64,000 nucleotides of DNA from Polyangiaceae bacterium (GCA_050287085.1 JBNKBE010000024.1:1-64000), one strand, 5' to 3'. Shown: positions 20,232 to 30,329, counted from the stretch's first letter. Notes: generated by a model from the letters alone, not told the origin. Numbers and translations are program-made.

Positions 20232-20843
20232 CTACGAGTGCTGGCGCAGCAGAGCGAGCATGCGCTTGGCCGCAACCAGCGGCGATGTCCCGATTGCGCA
20301 GAGCCCGTCGCGGTGCCCTCCCATCACCACACATCCGGCGGGCAAGCCGCGGGCGCAGAGCTCTGCGATCGCCTCGGCCATCGCAACAGTCCCGTATTGC
20401 ACCGCAGGAGGCGTGGTGGGCAGGCGATGCAGTGCGGCCTGCCACAAGCCAGCATGATGGACATGCACCACAGCGCCAACGGCTGGATCAGCCGCGTAGA
20501 ATGCGTAGTGGGTCATGGCCTCCGACGAAGGCTGGCATGGCCCCCGGGACTGAACCTCGTTGCGTTCGATGCGGCAACGGAGCACCAATGAGAAGTCCTC
20601 AGCACAAGCGCGACGAGCGCCCCCGGTCTGAGTACCACTGATAAGGAATGCTTCGTTCTGAAAGCGGACGCTGACGTTGCCGTACGCGATGCCATCCGCC
20701 CCAAGTCCGACAAGACCCGCATCCCACAGCTGATCGCGCGCCTGGACTAGCTCGGCAAGCCGAGCGCCGTGCACCGCCGGCGCGAGCACGTGTCGCGCGC
20801 GGTATTTGGTGACGCCTTCCTCTGCCGCCGATTGCGAGTTCAT
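20232..20843 (-). CDS. Class II aldolase/adducin family protein (MtnB/Ald2-like)
   Basis: GNVSVR, PSSEAMTH, AVVHVH, MGGH. Start overlaps the mtnA stop. Confidence 0.8.
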   Translation of the reverse strand: MNSQSAAEEGVTKYRARHVLAPAVHGARLAELVQARDQLWDAGLVGLGADGIAYGNVSVRFQNEAFLISGTQTGGARRACAEDFSLVLRCRIERNEVQSRGPCQPSSEAMTHYAFYAADPAVGAVVHVHHAGLWQAALHRLPTTPPAVQYGTVAMAEAIAELCARGLPAGCVVMGGHRDGLCAIGTSPLVAAKRMLALLRQHS

Positions 20844-21943
20844 GGCCGCAGCAATGCCGCAATCGCCTGTGAACTGGCGACCGCAACACCTCGCTCGGTG
20901 ATGAGCCCATCCACCAGACGCGCCGGGGTCACGTCAAAACCTGGATTGCAGACGCGGGCACCCTCCGGCAGCAAGCGCACCCTGCGTACCGCACCATCCG
21001 CCCATCCTTCGATCGCGGTGACTTCGTCGTCATCGCGCTCCTCGATAACGATACTGCGCCCGTTCGGCACCTGCGGATCGAGCGTGCTTGTGGGCAAGGC
21101 GACAAAGAACGGGACTCCCGAGTCTCGAGCCGCAAGCGCCTTGAGATAGGTTCCAACCTTGTTGACGACGTCGCCATTGGCGGCCACGCGATCGCTTCCG
21201 ACGATACACACGTCTACTTCGCCTCGTTGCATCAGAAGCCCTCCAGCGTTGTCTACGATCACCGTATTGGGGACTCCGTGCTGTGAGAGCTCCCACGCAG
21301 TCAGCCGAGCCCCTTGGTTGCGCGGTCGCGTTTCATCGACCCAAACGTGGAGCGGCAGCCCGGCGTCGTGGGCCTGGTAGAGGGGCGACGTCGCCGTCCC
21401 CCACTCCACGCAGGCAAGCCACCCAGCGTTGCAATGCGTGAGCACGTTCAGCGGACGCTCTGGGTGCTTGGCGTGGAGCTGACGCAGAATCTCAACCCCG
21501 TGTTGACCGATTTGCCGACACGCTTCGACGTCCTGGTGAGCAATTCGCCGCGCCGCTTCGAACGCCACCGCCGACCATCGGTCTCGCGGAACGGCCAAGG
21601 CGGCGCTCCTCACCTGAGCCACAGCCCACGCGAGATTGACGGCCGTCGGCCGCGCCCGAGCCAGGGCCTCCCACTTGGCCTCAAGTTGTTCAAGTGGCCA
21701 TCCTTGGCTAAACGACTCCGCCGTTGCCAGTGCTGCCCCGTAGGCGCCCGTCACGCCGATCAGCGGAGCACCGCGCACCATCATTCGCGCAATGGCCTCC
21801 CGCGCGGCGTCAGAGGTCTCTAGCCGGCGCCATATCAAGCGCCAGGGTAGCTCGCGCTGATCGATCACCTCTACGACGGGGCTCTCGCTCGCCCCAAGAG
21901 CCCGCTCGCGAATCGAACGGACCTGCTCTCCGTATGCCAACAC
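20840..21943 (-). CDS. mtnA: S-methyl-5-thioribose-1-phosphate isomerase
   Basis: IDQRELP, MVRGAPLIG, ARPTAVNL, LTHCNAG.LA, ETRPRNQGARLTAWEL, NKVGTY, NPGFDVTP. Confidence 0.95.
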   Translation of the reverse strand: MLAYGEQVRSIRERALGASESPVVEVIDQRELPWRLIWRRLETSDAAREAIARMMVRGAPLIGVTGAYGAALATAESFSQGWPLEQLEAKWEALARARPTAVNLAWAVAQVRSAALAVPRDRWSAVAFEAARRIAHQDVEACRQIGQHGVEILRQLHAKHPERPLNVLTHCNAGWLACVEWGTATSPLYQAHDAGLPLHVWVDETRPRNQGARLTAWELSQHGVPNTVIVDNAGGLLMQRGEVDVCIVGSDRVAANGDVVNKVGTYLKALAARDSGVPFFVALPTSTLDPQVPNGRSIVIEERDDDEVTAIEGWADGAVRRVRLLPEGARVCNPGFDVTPARLVDGLITERGVAVASSQAIAALLRP

Positions 21944-22128
21944 GCCCGATACCTACCGCTCTCCCGCCCCACTGCCAAGAGCCTCCGGTTCCAACCAAGC
22001 TTTGATCGGAGGAGGGGGGAGTGAGCTTGCTCGCGCCCCGCGCTTTGGGGTTCGGCCGGTGGGAGGGGGTTCGGCTTGGGGGGCTGGTTCGACTTGGCAA
22101 AGCCCGGTGGAGCTTTCCGGACCGACTA

Positions 22129-22707
22129 TCAATCAGGGTTGGGTTCCAACCGTACTGCTCCGGAGCCGAAGAGTTGCCCGCGCACACACGAGGCCAGAAA
22201 GAGCGCCCCCAGATGCACGCCGTGGCAGAGTTCCGACGCCAGGCGCGGCGAATCCGACGGCCAAAGTTCAACCTGCACGTCTTCCGTATCGTCCAACGCC
22301 TGCGCTCCGAGACGCCGCGCCCCTTCCGCCAAGAAGAGGTGAGCTCGATAGGTATGACGGGAAGGCTCTGGACTGATCGTGCCGAGCCGCGTCCACTTCG
22401 TGGCGACAAAACCCGTCTCCTCCGCCAGCTCACGTTCAGCCGCCGCCTGGGGCGGCTCTCCCGCTTCCACCGCGCCCGCCGGAAGCTCCAGGGTCGATGC
22501 CCCAACGCCGTGCCGGTATTGCCGAACCAAGACCAGATCCTGTTCGGGTGTCATTGCAACAACGGCAACCCAATCGGGCGCGTCGAGCAAATGAAACTCC
22601 GCGATTTCAACGCCGCCCTGCGTGCGGATCCGCTGCTCACGAACGGTGAGCCAGCGACGCTCGATCACACGTCGCTCGGACAATACCTTCCACGGACCCG
22701 CTGCCAT
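22129..22707 (-). CDS. NUDIX hydrolase (ADP-ribose pyrophosphatase-like)
   Basis: LVRQYRHG; Nudix box ELPAGAVEAGEPPQAAAERELAEETG. ATG at 22707 inferred. Confidence 0.88.
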   Translation of the reverse strand: MAAGPWKVLSERRVIERRWLTVREQRIRTQGGVEIAEFHLLDAPDWVAVVAMTPEQDLVLVRQYRHGVGASTLELPAGAVEAGEPPQAAAERELAEETGFVATKWTRLGTISPEPSRHTYRAHLFLAEGARRLGAQALDDTEDVQVELWPSDSPRLASELCHGVHLGALFLASCVRGQLFGSGAVRLEPNPD

Positions 22708-22802
22708 GGTTCGGCTATAGCAGCAACCCGCCCCAGCGCGCGGCAAAACCGCCTCGTTTCGCGTTGCCCGAAGCTCGGGGACAACCTAGGCTCAGGTGGC
22801 CA

Positions 22803-23882
22803 ATGAGGATTCTGTACGGCGTTGTCGGCGAGGGCATGGGTCACGCGACCCGATCGCGAGTTGTTATCGACGAACTGCTGCGTCAGGGGCACGAGGTACA
22901 CGTGATGGCGTCGAGCCGAGCCTTCGAATTCATGAAGAAGCGCTACGGCGAAGGGGACGTTGCGCAGATCGCGGGCCTCCACCTCATCTATGAAGAGAAT
23001 CGCGTTCGGCGTGGCAAGACGCTGTGGACCAACGTGCAAAGCGGCATTTCCGGATTGCCCCGCAACATCGCCGCGTACTTCAAGTTGCTGGAGGCATTTC
23101 GCCCCGAGGTCGTAGTCAGCGACTTCGAGTCGTGGACCTATCTCTACGGGGTCATGCACCGGGTGCCGGTCATCTCGATCGACAACATGCAGATCATCAA
23201 CCGTTGCACCCTGGACCAAGAACTGCTCACGGACGTGCCGGGCTTCAAGGCCACCAAAGCCTTCGTCAAGAGCAAGCTTCCGTTTTGCTCCCACTACTTG
23301 GTAACGACCTTCTTCCGGCCCCCAATACGCAAAGAGCGTACGACGCTGGTCCCGCCCATTCTACGCCCAGAGCTGTTTTCGCTTTCCCCTACCCGCGGGG
23401 AACATCTGCTCGTCTACCAGACGGGTGAGGGCTACAGTGCCCTGGTGGATACGCTCACGCGCTTGGGCACCCCGTGTCGCGTCTACGGTATGCGTCGCAG
23501 CATCACGGAAAGCCAGGTTGAGGGCAGTCTGACGTATCGTCCCTTCAGCGAAGAAGGCTTTCTCGACGATCTCGCATCGGCGCGCGGTGTGATCGCGGGA
23601 GGCGGCTTCTCGCTGATGAGCGAAGCTGTGTACCTGGGTAAGCCCGTGCTGTCGGTCCCGATGGGCGGCCAGTTTGAGCAATATGTAAACGCCTACTACC
23701 TCGAGAAGCTCGGGTACGGCCTGCGTGCTACATCGCTCGATGACGAACAACCCGTCGTGCGCTTCCTGGATCACCTCGACGTCTTCGCGGAGAATCTCAA
23801 ACGGCACACGCAGCGCGGCAACGACGAGACACTGACGGCGCTGACCGAGCTTCTAGACCGTGCCGAAGCTGGACTGCTCTAG
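22803..23882 (+). CDS. GT-B glycosyltransferase, MJ1255/VC2487-like family
   Basis: MRILYGVVGEGMGHATRS, VVSDFE, SIDN, GGFSLMSEA.YLGKP, GQFEQ..NA. Confidence 0.82.
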   Translation: MRILYGVVGEGMGHATRSRVVIDELLRQGHEVHVMASSRAFEFMKKRYGEGDVAQIAGLHLIYEENRVRRGKTLWTNVQSGISGLPRNIAAYFKLLEAFRPEVVVSDFESWTYLYGVMHRVPVISIDNMQIINRCTLDQELLTDVPGFKATKAFVKSKLPFCSHYLVTTFFRPPIRKERTTLVPPILRPELFSLSPTRGEHLLVYQTGEGYSALVDTLTRLGTPCRVYGMRRSITESQVEGSLTYRPFSEEGFLDDLASARGVIAGGGFSLMSEAVYLGKPVLSVPMGGQFEQYVNAYYLEKLGYGLRATSLDDEQPVVRFLDHLDVFAENLKRHTQRGNDETLTALTELLDRAEAGLL

Positions 23883-23922
23883 CCACAGGAGCGGCGTCGA
23901 ACGCCCCGTGCTCCAGAAAAGA

Positions 23923-24897
23923 CTACGGAGCTCTAGACACCTCTGTTGAGGCACGAAACCGCCCCTGGAGAGCGCGCAAGCGGCCTCCACGCAGCCACCT
24001 GAGCAGCAAGCGCTCCGGTTCAAAGAAAGACAGGTAGGCCAGGAACGACAGTGGGTAGGCGAAGACGATGAACATCGTCAGCAACACCCCGAAGTGGAAC
24101 CCCCAAGCCAGCCGAGCGAACCAACGGCCAAGCGCTCGGTGAAATAACACCAGGGGCGCCCCCAGCTCTAGGACCAACGTCCCAAACGCAAGGGGCGGAA
24201 ATAGCCAAGGGAATTGCACGATGATGGGTCCCAGCGGTGAATACATGCGACCGTATTCCGCCTTCCGGAGCGCATCGTAGGCAATCTGCGCGGCTAGGGC
24301 ATCCCCCTCGGCCCATGACCAGCCGCTGGCCTTCAATTTGGCAACCCCAGCCACCAGATACGTGATCGTCGTCACCACGGAGAGCCCGTAGATCCATATG
24401 CCGCAGGCTCGACTTGAACGTGTCTCGGGCCTGGATCGTAGACGCCACACCCCACCGCGAAACACCAAGCTTTCCGCCGCTGGCGCGGTCGCTAGCAGCA
24501 AAGCGTGCAGACACAATAAATGCTCGGTGTGAAAGAGCATCCCGAAAGAGCTCCGATAGCAGGCAACCCAGGTCAAGAGGGCCGCCGCAAGCGGTCCGCT
24601 GTAGCGGTAGGCGATCCCGAGAGCGGCCGCCGTACACCCACAGACGGCCATGCCCCAGGCTCCCCACACAGCGCCTGGGGGCATTGGGGCCCCCAACCAC
24701 GCAGCAGCGCCAATACCCTCGAACGCAGACCGTGGCAGTCCAATAACGCCCGTGAAGTGCTGGCCGCGAAACAGCAGATACGCGGCCGCAAACCCAAAGG
24801 TGGCCACTCGAATAGTCCCGAGCCGCAGGGCATATCGACGCGCACTCTCCCCCGCAAAGCAGCCCACCGCTCCGAAGCCTCGCCGTCGCCGCTTCAT
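23923..24897 (-). CDS. HTTM-like multi-pass membrane protein
   Basis: Multiple TM helices; YLVAGVAKL..SGWSW..G, ELGAPL, FHFGV..TM.I.F pattern. Confidence 0.7.
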   Translation of the reverse strand: MKRRRRGFGAVGCFAGESARRYALRLGTIRVATFGFAAAYLLFRGQHFTGVIGLPRSAFEGIGAAAWLGAPMPPGAVWGAWGMAVCGCTAAALGIAYRYSGPLAAALLTWVACYRSSFGMLFHTEHLLCLHALLLATAPAAESLVFRGGVWRLRSRPETRSSRACGIWIYGLSVVTTITYLVAGVAKLKASGWSWAEGDALAAQIAYDALRKAEYGRMYSPLGPIIVQFPWLFPPLAFGTLVLELGAPLVLFHRALGRWFARLAWGFHFGVLLTMFIVFAYPLSFLAYLSFFEPERLLLRWLRGGRLRALQGRFRASTEVSRAP

Positions 24898-25493
24898 CGA
24901 TCACCTCGGGCCACGGACAGCGGACAACGCGCCCGCACGCGCGTTCGTTTCGACTTCCGCAACGCGGCCTCCGTGCGAAAGAATGCGACGGGCTCGTACG
25001 TCTGTTCGACCAGCTGCATCTCGACCCCGTCCGAAAACTCCGACCGCGAGCTGGCTGCTTCGGCCAGGCGTTGGCACAGAGCCGTACGCGCCTGTGGACC
25101 GCTGCGGAGAGCACGGGCAATGATAGTCTTGGCCTGCAACACTTCCCCAGTACCGAGAAGCGAGGGTGGTAGCGGCAGCGAAGCACCCGACCGCAACACC
25201 ACCCGCGCGCTCTGAATCCGCGCTTCTGTTCGCTCGGTGGAAAACATGGGATACGTAGAAAAGGGCAAAGAGTCCGCGCCAAGCGGCAAAAATGCCGGTG
25301 CCAGCGTGGCGGCCCCGAGGAGCAGCACGCTAAGCCAGGCCCGCGGCACGTCCCACCTCGCCCCCGCATCGCCTTTCCGGACTTCCACTGGCACCTTCCG
25401 ATGCTTGCCGGAGCGCCGGAAGGCGCCTCCTTGGCGCGGCCCGCTTGCGCCGGACGAGGTGCTCACAAGACGCTCTCTGCCGCGCTCGACCAC
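24894..25493 (-). CDS. Hypothetical partner of the HTTM protein (true start probably further downstream)
   Basis: Hydrophobic segment followed by DSLPFSTYPMFS; the stop overlaps the HTTM start. Confidence 0.55.
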   Translation of the reverse strand: MVERGRERLVSTSSGASGPRQGGAFRRSGKHRKVPVEVRKGDAGARWDVPRAWLSVLLLGAATLAPAFLPLGADSLPFSTYPMFSTERTEARIQSARVVLRSGASLPLPPSLLGTGEVLQAKTIIARALRSGPQARTALCQRLAEAASSRSEFSDGVEMQLVEQTYEPVAFFRTEAALRKSKRTRVRARCPLSVARGDR

Positions 25494-27871
25494 AGGGCTT
25501 GTTGACCGTGACCGAACGCCGCGTAGGCATGTTGTACGTTGTCTATTCGAATGAGATTGGAGTGTGGTGATGACGAGAAGCCGCCAAGAGCTTCAGGCCG
25601 AACCCAATACCTCTGCTCGGGAGTCCATTGCTGGCCTGCAAGATAGGCTAGCATCCGTGACAGCGTTTTGCGCAAAGGCCGAACATCCTCCCCTTGCGAT
25701 GCGCCCACCACGATGGCTGCGGCCAGCGCTTCCCCAAAGCCAGCGGTGGCGACCGTGTGGGGAGGAACCAGATTGCCGAAACCAAAACCGCCCACAAACT
25801 GCTGTTCCGCACTGTCCGCGGACAAGATCAGTCGGGACTTGAAGGCAACGTAGTCGAGACAGAATCGCGCGTGTTCTGGATGCGGGTGAACTCGCAACGC
25901 AAGGCGTGCCGCAATGCAGTGCCAGTTTTCCTCAAGAAAGAAAAACGGGCGCAAGCTCGAAGTCCACGTCCCGCCGCTGGCTACATAATCCATTGTACGC
26001 TGCGCTCGCTCGTGAAGCTCGGCAAGCGCAACCGACGGCTGGGGCTCAAGGGCATCGTAGCGTTCGATCGCGAGCAACAGCACCAACAAGGCTTGCCCGG
26101 ACAGGTAAAGCGGTTCCGGTCCTTCCGAGATCAGCACGCCACCTGCGCCGCGCACGAGCGACGGTGCAAACGCTCCATTGTCTCGCTGCAGGTGCAGATG
26201 CAGACGCAGAAGGCGGCCGATAGCAGCGTCGAAGCGCGTGCCAACGCGCTCGTGGCAGCGTAGCAGTGCGGCCAGCGCCAACGCACTGTCGCTCAAACGG
26301 AAGAAACGGCTCCCCTTACTTCTCGTCAGCGCGCCAAGCGCACCGTCGGTCATGGGCACCTGGACTTCCTTCTCGACCAGACTGGCCAGGGTCCGGCCTA
26401 TCGCGCTGTTCACCAGGTCGTTCACCTCCCCCAGCTCGCACAACGCCAAGGTGGTCCCCGCCTGACGCGGCAGGTTCAGACTCGGCCTGAAGTTGCGCTC
26501 GCGAAACGGCTCGGCGCGATAGCGAAACCAACCTCCTTCTTGCTGAGCGCCAAGAAGATACGACTCCGCCCACGCCCGCGCGCGAGACACCCGCTCTTTC
26601 AGAGCTATGGGCTTGGGGGCCGCTCGCAAACGCCGAAGCGGCCGCACACCGCCCGCGTCCAGGATTGCGCTCTGCGTCGTGATGGCCACCAGCTCCGCCT
26701 CCTCGCCGCCGAGCCGGCGCCGCCAGCGGTCGAGGTGGACGCCAAAGCGCAGATCCGGCAAGAAGGCCAAGGGCTGCCCCTCGTCGAAGGCTCCCTGAGC
26801 GAGCAGCGGGCTCGGTCCAATACAGCGAGCCCCATGGCACAACCCCTCGACGCCAGGCTGCACCAATGCCGCTCGGAGCCAATCCGGAGCCGCCCGAAGT
26901 GAACGCGCGTCCACAACCCACTCGACGAGTATCGGTCCCGTGTTTCCTTCCCGTAGCAAGCGTTGTTGGGCTCGCTTCAACACCTCGTCTCGCTCGCCCT
27001 GAAAGCAGATATGCCGCGGATCGCGAGCGGCCCCAAAGGCCACCAGCAGCGTCGTCGGTGCGGCGACGGGTGCCTTCTCGCAGCGCGCCGCGGAAAGAGC
27101 GCCCAGCCCAAGGACTTTCGTGCTTGCGGCACTGCTGGGCGGCGCCAACACTTGCAGCGCGTCCGCGCCAAGAGGGGCCACGCTGAGGCGCGACTGCACG
27201 GCGCGCTGCGCGCTGCTCACCCCAATTCCGATGACCAGCAACACCCCGAGAGACAGGCCTGCCCCGAGGCGCAACGCTACGCCCCCCGTTCGCGCCAGGC
27301 CCCAAACGGAGACGGGCAAGGCAAAGAGAATCACCGCCGCCCATACGCAGAGCATGGCCAAAGCAAACCCCGAGCCGAGCGCGCCATAGCTGCTGCTCAA
27401 GAACGCCGCGGCGCGCAGCCAAAAGAGCGTCAGCCCCACCGTCCAACTCAGGGAGAGCCAGGCGCTCAAGCGCCAAACGCGCGCCGCGTGGGGGCTCCCC
27501 ACTACCAGTGCTCCGGCCGCCGCGAGCGCCGCGCCGGAGCAGACGGCGCTCAGGACCGAGAACCAGGAATACAGCGTCCAGGGGATAACGTAGGCGGCGC
27601 AGCCGAGCGCCGTACCCTCGAGGGCCGTCAGACCTGTCGCCCAGAGCCGCTCGCTCAAGGTCAGCGGAAGGGGTGAGCGAGCGCGCCCACCTTGCTGCGA
27701 CGCGACGCCCGGCTGGGGTGCGACGCCCGGCTGCGACGCGACGCCCGGCTGGGGTGCGACAGGCTCTACAACGAGCCGTCCCGGAGCCCCCGCGCTCGCA
27801 GAGTTCGTGCCGGCGCGTCGCCCCCGGCGAGCCTGTGCCGCGGATCCTTTGACTTCGTTCCCTTTCGTCAC
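25463..27871 (-). CDS. Hypothetical membrane protein with a C-terminal alpha/alpha-toroid-like domain
   Basis: About five TM helices; QQEGGWF and QRDNGAF (QW-like motifs); NLPRQAG; C-terminal GGF..SP...IRIDNVQH. Confidence 0.6.
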   Translation of the reverse strand: MTKGNEVKGSAAQARRGRRAGTNSASAGAPGRLVVEPVAPQPGVASQPGVAPQPGVASQQGGRARSPLPLTLSERLWATGLTALEGTALGCAAYVIPWTLYSWFSVLSAVCSGAALAAAGALVVGSPHAARVWRLSAWLSLSWTVGLTLFWLRAAAFLSSSYGALGSGFALAMLCVWAAVILFALPVSVWGLARTGGVALRLGAGLSLGVLLVIGIGVSSAQRAVQSRLSVAPLGADALQVLAPPSSAASTKVLGLGALSAARCEKAPVAAPTTLLVAFGAARDPRHICFQGERDEVLKRAQQRLLREGNTGPILVEWVVDARSLRAAPDWLRAALVQPGVEGLCHGARCIGPSPLLAQGAFDEGQPLAFLPDLRFGVHLDRWRRRLGGEEAELVAITTQSAILDAGGVRPLRRLRAAPKPIALKERVSRARAWAESYLLGAQQEGGWFRYRAEPFRERNFRPSLNLPRQAGTTLALCELGEVNDLVNSAIGRTLASLVEKEVQVPMTDGALGALTRSKGSRFFRLSDSALALAALLRCHERVGTRFDAAIGRLLRLHLHLQRDNGAFAPSLVRGAGGVLISEGPEPLYLSGQALLVLLLAIERYDALEPQPSVALAELHERAQRTMDYVASGGTWTSSLRPFFFLEENWHCIAARLALRVHPHPEHARFCLDYVAFKSRLILSADSAEQQFVGGFGFGNLVPPHTVATAGFGEALAAAIVVGASQGEDVRPLRKTLSRMLAYLAGQQWTPEQRYWVRPEALGGFSSSPHSNLIRIDNVQHAYAAFGHGQQALWSSAAESVL
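27695..27760. repeat. 18-bp tandem repeat, about 3.7 copies (VAPQPG/VASQPG)
   Basis: Alternating units ctgcgacgcgacgcccgg and ctggggtgcgacgcccgg. Confidence 0.85.
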
Positions 27872-27983
27872 CAGCTCTCGGATCTACCTGCTCGCAGGCT
27901 CCATTCAAAGCCCAAAGCCGGGAAGGGCTGTGCTCAACGCCCAACGCCCCCCAACAGAGAAAGCCGCTCGGTACAGGCCAAGC

Positions 27984-30152
27984 TCAGACGCGAGAGACGT
28001 CCACGACACCCTTCACCCGCGCCAATGCCGTCATGAGGCCTCGGAGCTGGCTGACGTCAGCCGCCAAGAACGTGAACACGTTTTCGGCGCTCCCATCGTC
28101 GCTCGCGCGGCAGTTGGCCTCCTGGAGATTGATCTTGTGGGCGCTGAAGGCCTCGCTCACCTTGGCCAGAATGCCCGGGCTATTGCGCGTGGTGACCGTC
28201 ACGGATACCGGGCGCATTATCTTGGTCCCAGAGCCCCAGCTGACGTCCACGCGTCGCAGCGGATCGGTCGTGTCAAACGCTTTACGGCAACCACGACGAT
28301 GGACGGCCACCCCGCGTCCCCGCGTCATGAAGCCGATGATGGGATCACCCGGCAACGGGTTGCAACACTTGGCAAAACGCACCAACACGCTGTCGAAGCC
28401 ATCGACTCGAATGCCGCTCGTATTCTTGCCCTTGACCTTCCGGACAAGCTTCTCCAGGGCGCCCGATTGAATGGACGGCACCGGCGTGTCGGTCTCCGCT
28501 CGCGCTCCCTGCGCCGCTTTGATAGCCTCCACCACATCGTGGGCCTGTGCCTTTCCGAACCCTACGGCAAGCAATAGCTCGTCACGTTCGGTGGCTTCGA
28601 ATGCCTGCAGAACTGTATCGAGCACGTCTCCGCTCTTCAGAAACTTTGACAGGCTCATGCCGTCGCGGTGCATTTCGCTTTCCAATAGCTCACGCCCCAG
28701 GTTGATACTCTTGTGACGGTTCTGCGCACGCAGGAAGGTTCGAATGCAGCTGCGTGCTCGCGGCGTGGCACAGCTATCAAGCCAGTCTTTAGAAGGCGAA
28801 CGCTTGGGGTCGACGATGATTTCAACATGGTCGCCATTGCGCAGGCGGTGACGCATCGAAACCTCCTGCCCATTGACCCGCGCACCGGCGCAGTGTTCAC
28901 CAAGCTCCGTATGCACGCTGTACGCAAAGTCTAAAGGCGTAGCGCCGCGCGGGAAGCTGCGCATCTCCCCCTTTGGGGTGAAGACACAGATCTCGTCGGT
29001 GACCAGCCCAGTCTTGATCATCTCCAAGAACTCGGCCGGATCGCGCATGGTCTTCTGGTAGGGTTCCATCTCCTTAACCCAGGAGTAGCTGGCGGCTACC
29101 TTCTTGCGCTCCGCGTCCAGCACGGGACCAGCGGTTAGCTGAGCGACGACGCCATGCAACGCCACGCGATGCATGGCGTGAGTCCGCAGATGAAACTCTA
29201 CTCGCTGACGCCCTGGGCCCACCAAGGTCGTGTGCAACGACTGGTAGCTGTTGGCTTTGCGCAGCGCGATGTAGTCTTTGAAACACCCCGGCACAGGGGT
29301 CCACTTGGAGTGCAATAACCCGAGCGCCGTATAGCAGTCGGACACGGTATCAACACACACCTCGAACGCAACGAGATCGAAGATCTGTTCGAACTCGCAC
29401 TTCAATGCCCGCATGCGACGGTAGATACTGGTCAGGTGACGCGGACGTCCCAGGACATGGCAGGCAAGTCCACCTTCGGCCAATACCTGGGTAATCGTCT
29501 TGCTGACGCCTTCGATATACCGCTCGCGCTCGCGGTGCGTGCTCTCGAGCTTGTCTTTGATCTGCTGAAAAGCCGCCGGATCGATATACCGCAGCGACAG
29601 ATCTTCTAGCTCGGTCTTAACCTCGTAGAGACCCAGACGATGCGCCAGCGGCGCATAGATTTCTAGCGTCTCGTTGCAGATCCGAACCTGGCTTGCGGGC
29701 TTCATGTGCTGCATGGTCCGCATGTTGTCGAGGCGGTCACTCAGCTTGATGAGCAACACGCGAACGTCCTTGCCCATGGCCCCGAGCATCTTGCGGAAGC
29801 TCTCTGCTTGCAGATCTTCTTTCGAGGCGAAAGATAGCTGACTCAACTTGGTCAAGCCGTCCACCAACGCGGCGACCTCGGTGCCAAAGCGCTCCTCGAC
29901 CTCGGAAACCGTCACCTCTGTATCTTCGACCACGTCGTGCAGGAGACCTGCACAAATGCTCGACACCCCTAGCTGCATGTCTGCCAGCGTTTCGGCCACG
30001 CTTACGGGGTGCACGAAGTACGGCTCACCACTCTTGCGAAACTGCTCCTTGTGGGCGTGCATCGCAAAGTCGTAGGCGCGTTCGAGCGAATCGATATCCG
30101 CATCGGGTAGGTATCCGCGAACCTTGTCAGAAAGCTGAGCTGCAGTAAGCAA
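27984..30152 (-). CDS. spoT: Long RelA/SpoT homologue (HD, SYNTH, TGS, ZFD, ACT domains)
   Basis: RKSGEPYFVHP, LLHDVVEDT, KLSDRLDNMRT, IYAPLAHRLG, YQSLHT, TGS VFTPKG..TPLDFAY, KCCNPLPGD, ACT. TTG start. Confidence 0.9.
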   Translation of the reverse strand: MLTAAQLSDKVRGYLPDADIDSLERAYDFAMHAHKEQFRKSGEPYFVHPVSVAETLADMQLGVSSICAGLLHDVVEDTEVTVSEVEERFGTEVAALVDGLTKLSQLSFASKEDLQAESFRKMLGAMGKDVRVLLIKLSDRLDNMRTMQHMKPASQVRICNETLEIYAPLAHRLGLYEVKTELEDLSLRYIDPAAFQQIKDKLESTHRERERYIEGVSKTITQVLAEGGLACHVLGRPRHLTSIYRRMRALKCEFEQIFDLVAFEVCVDTVSDCYTALGLLHSKWTPVPGCFKDYIALRKANSYQSLHTTLVGPGRQRVEFHLRTHAMHRVALHGVVAQLTAGPVLDAERKKVAASYSWVKEMEPYQKTMRDPAEFLEMIKTGLVTDEICVFTPKGEMRSFPRGATPLDFAYSVHTELGEHCAGARVNGQEVSMRHRLRNGDHVEIIVDPKRSPSKDWLDSCATPRARSCIRTFLRAQNRHKSINLGRELLESEMHRDGMSLSKFLKSGDVLDTVLQAFEATERDELLLAVGFGKAQAHDVVEAIKAAQGARAETDTPVPSIQSGALEKLVRKVKGKNTSGIRVDGFDSVLVRFAKCCNPLPGDPIIGFMTRGRGVAVHRRGCRKAFDTTDPLRRVDVSWGSGTKIMRPVSVTVTTRNSPGILAKVSEAFSAHKINLQEANCRASDDGSAENVFTFLAADVSQLRGLMTALARVKGVVDVSRV

Positions 30153-30216
30153 TCAACACCTTCTCTCTTAAGCTACCTAGGTACCCTGGTTCGCAAATGC
30201 ACGCTGGCCTGGATCA

Positions 30217-30329
30217 CTGCACGACCGACTGCTGCGCGACCGACTGCTGCGCGACCGGCTGCTGCACGGCTGGCTGCTGCACGGCTGGCTGCTGCACGGC
30301 TGGCTGCTGCGCGGCTGGCTGCTGCGCGG
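30217..30329. repeat. 15-bp tandem repeat, about 7.5 copies, in the spoT/hemW divergent intergenic region
   Basis: Units match ctgc(a/g)cg(a/g)c(c/t)g(a/g)ctg. Confidence 0.92.

Noticed and set aside
27695..30329. CRISPR array
   Set aside because: Both repeats are contiguous tandem repeats with no spacers, and no cas genes are present.
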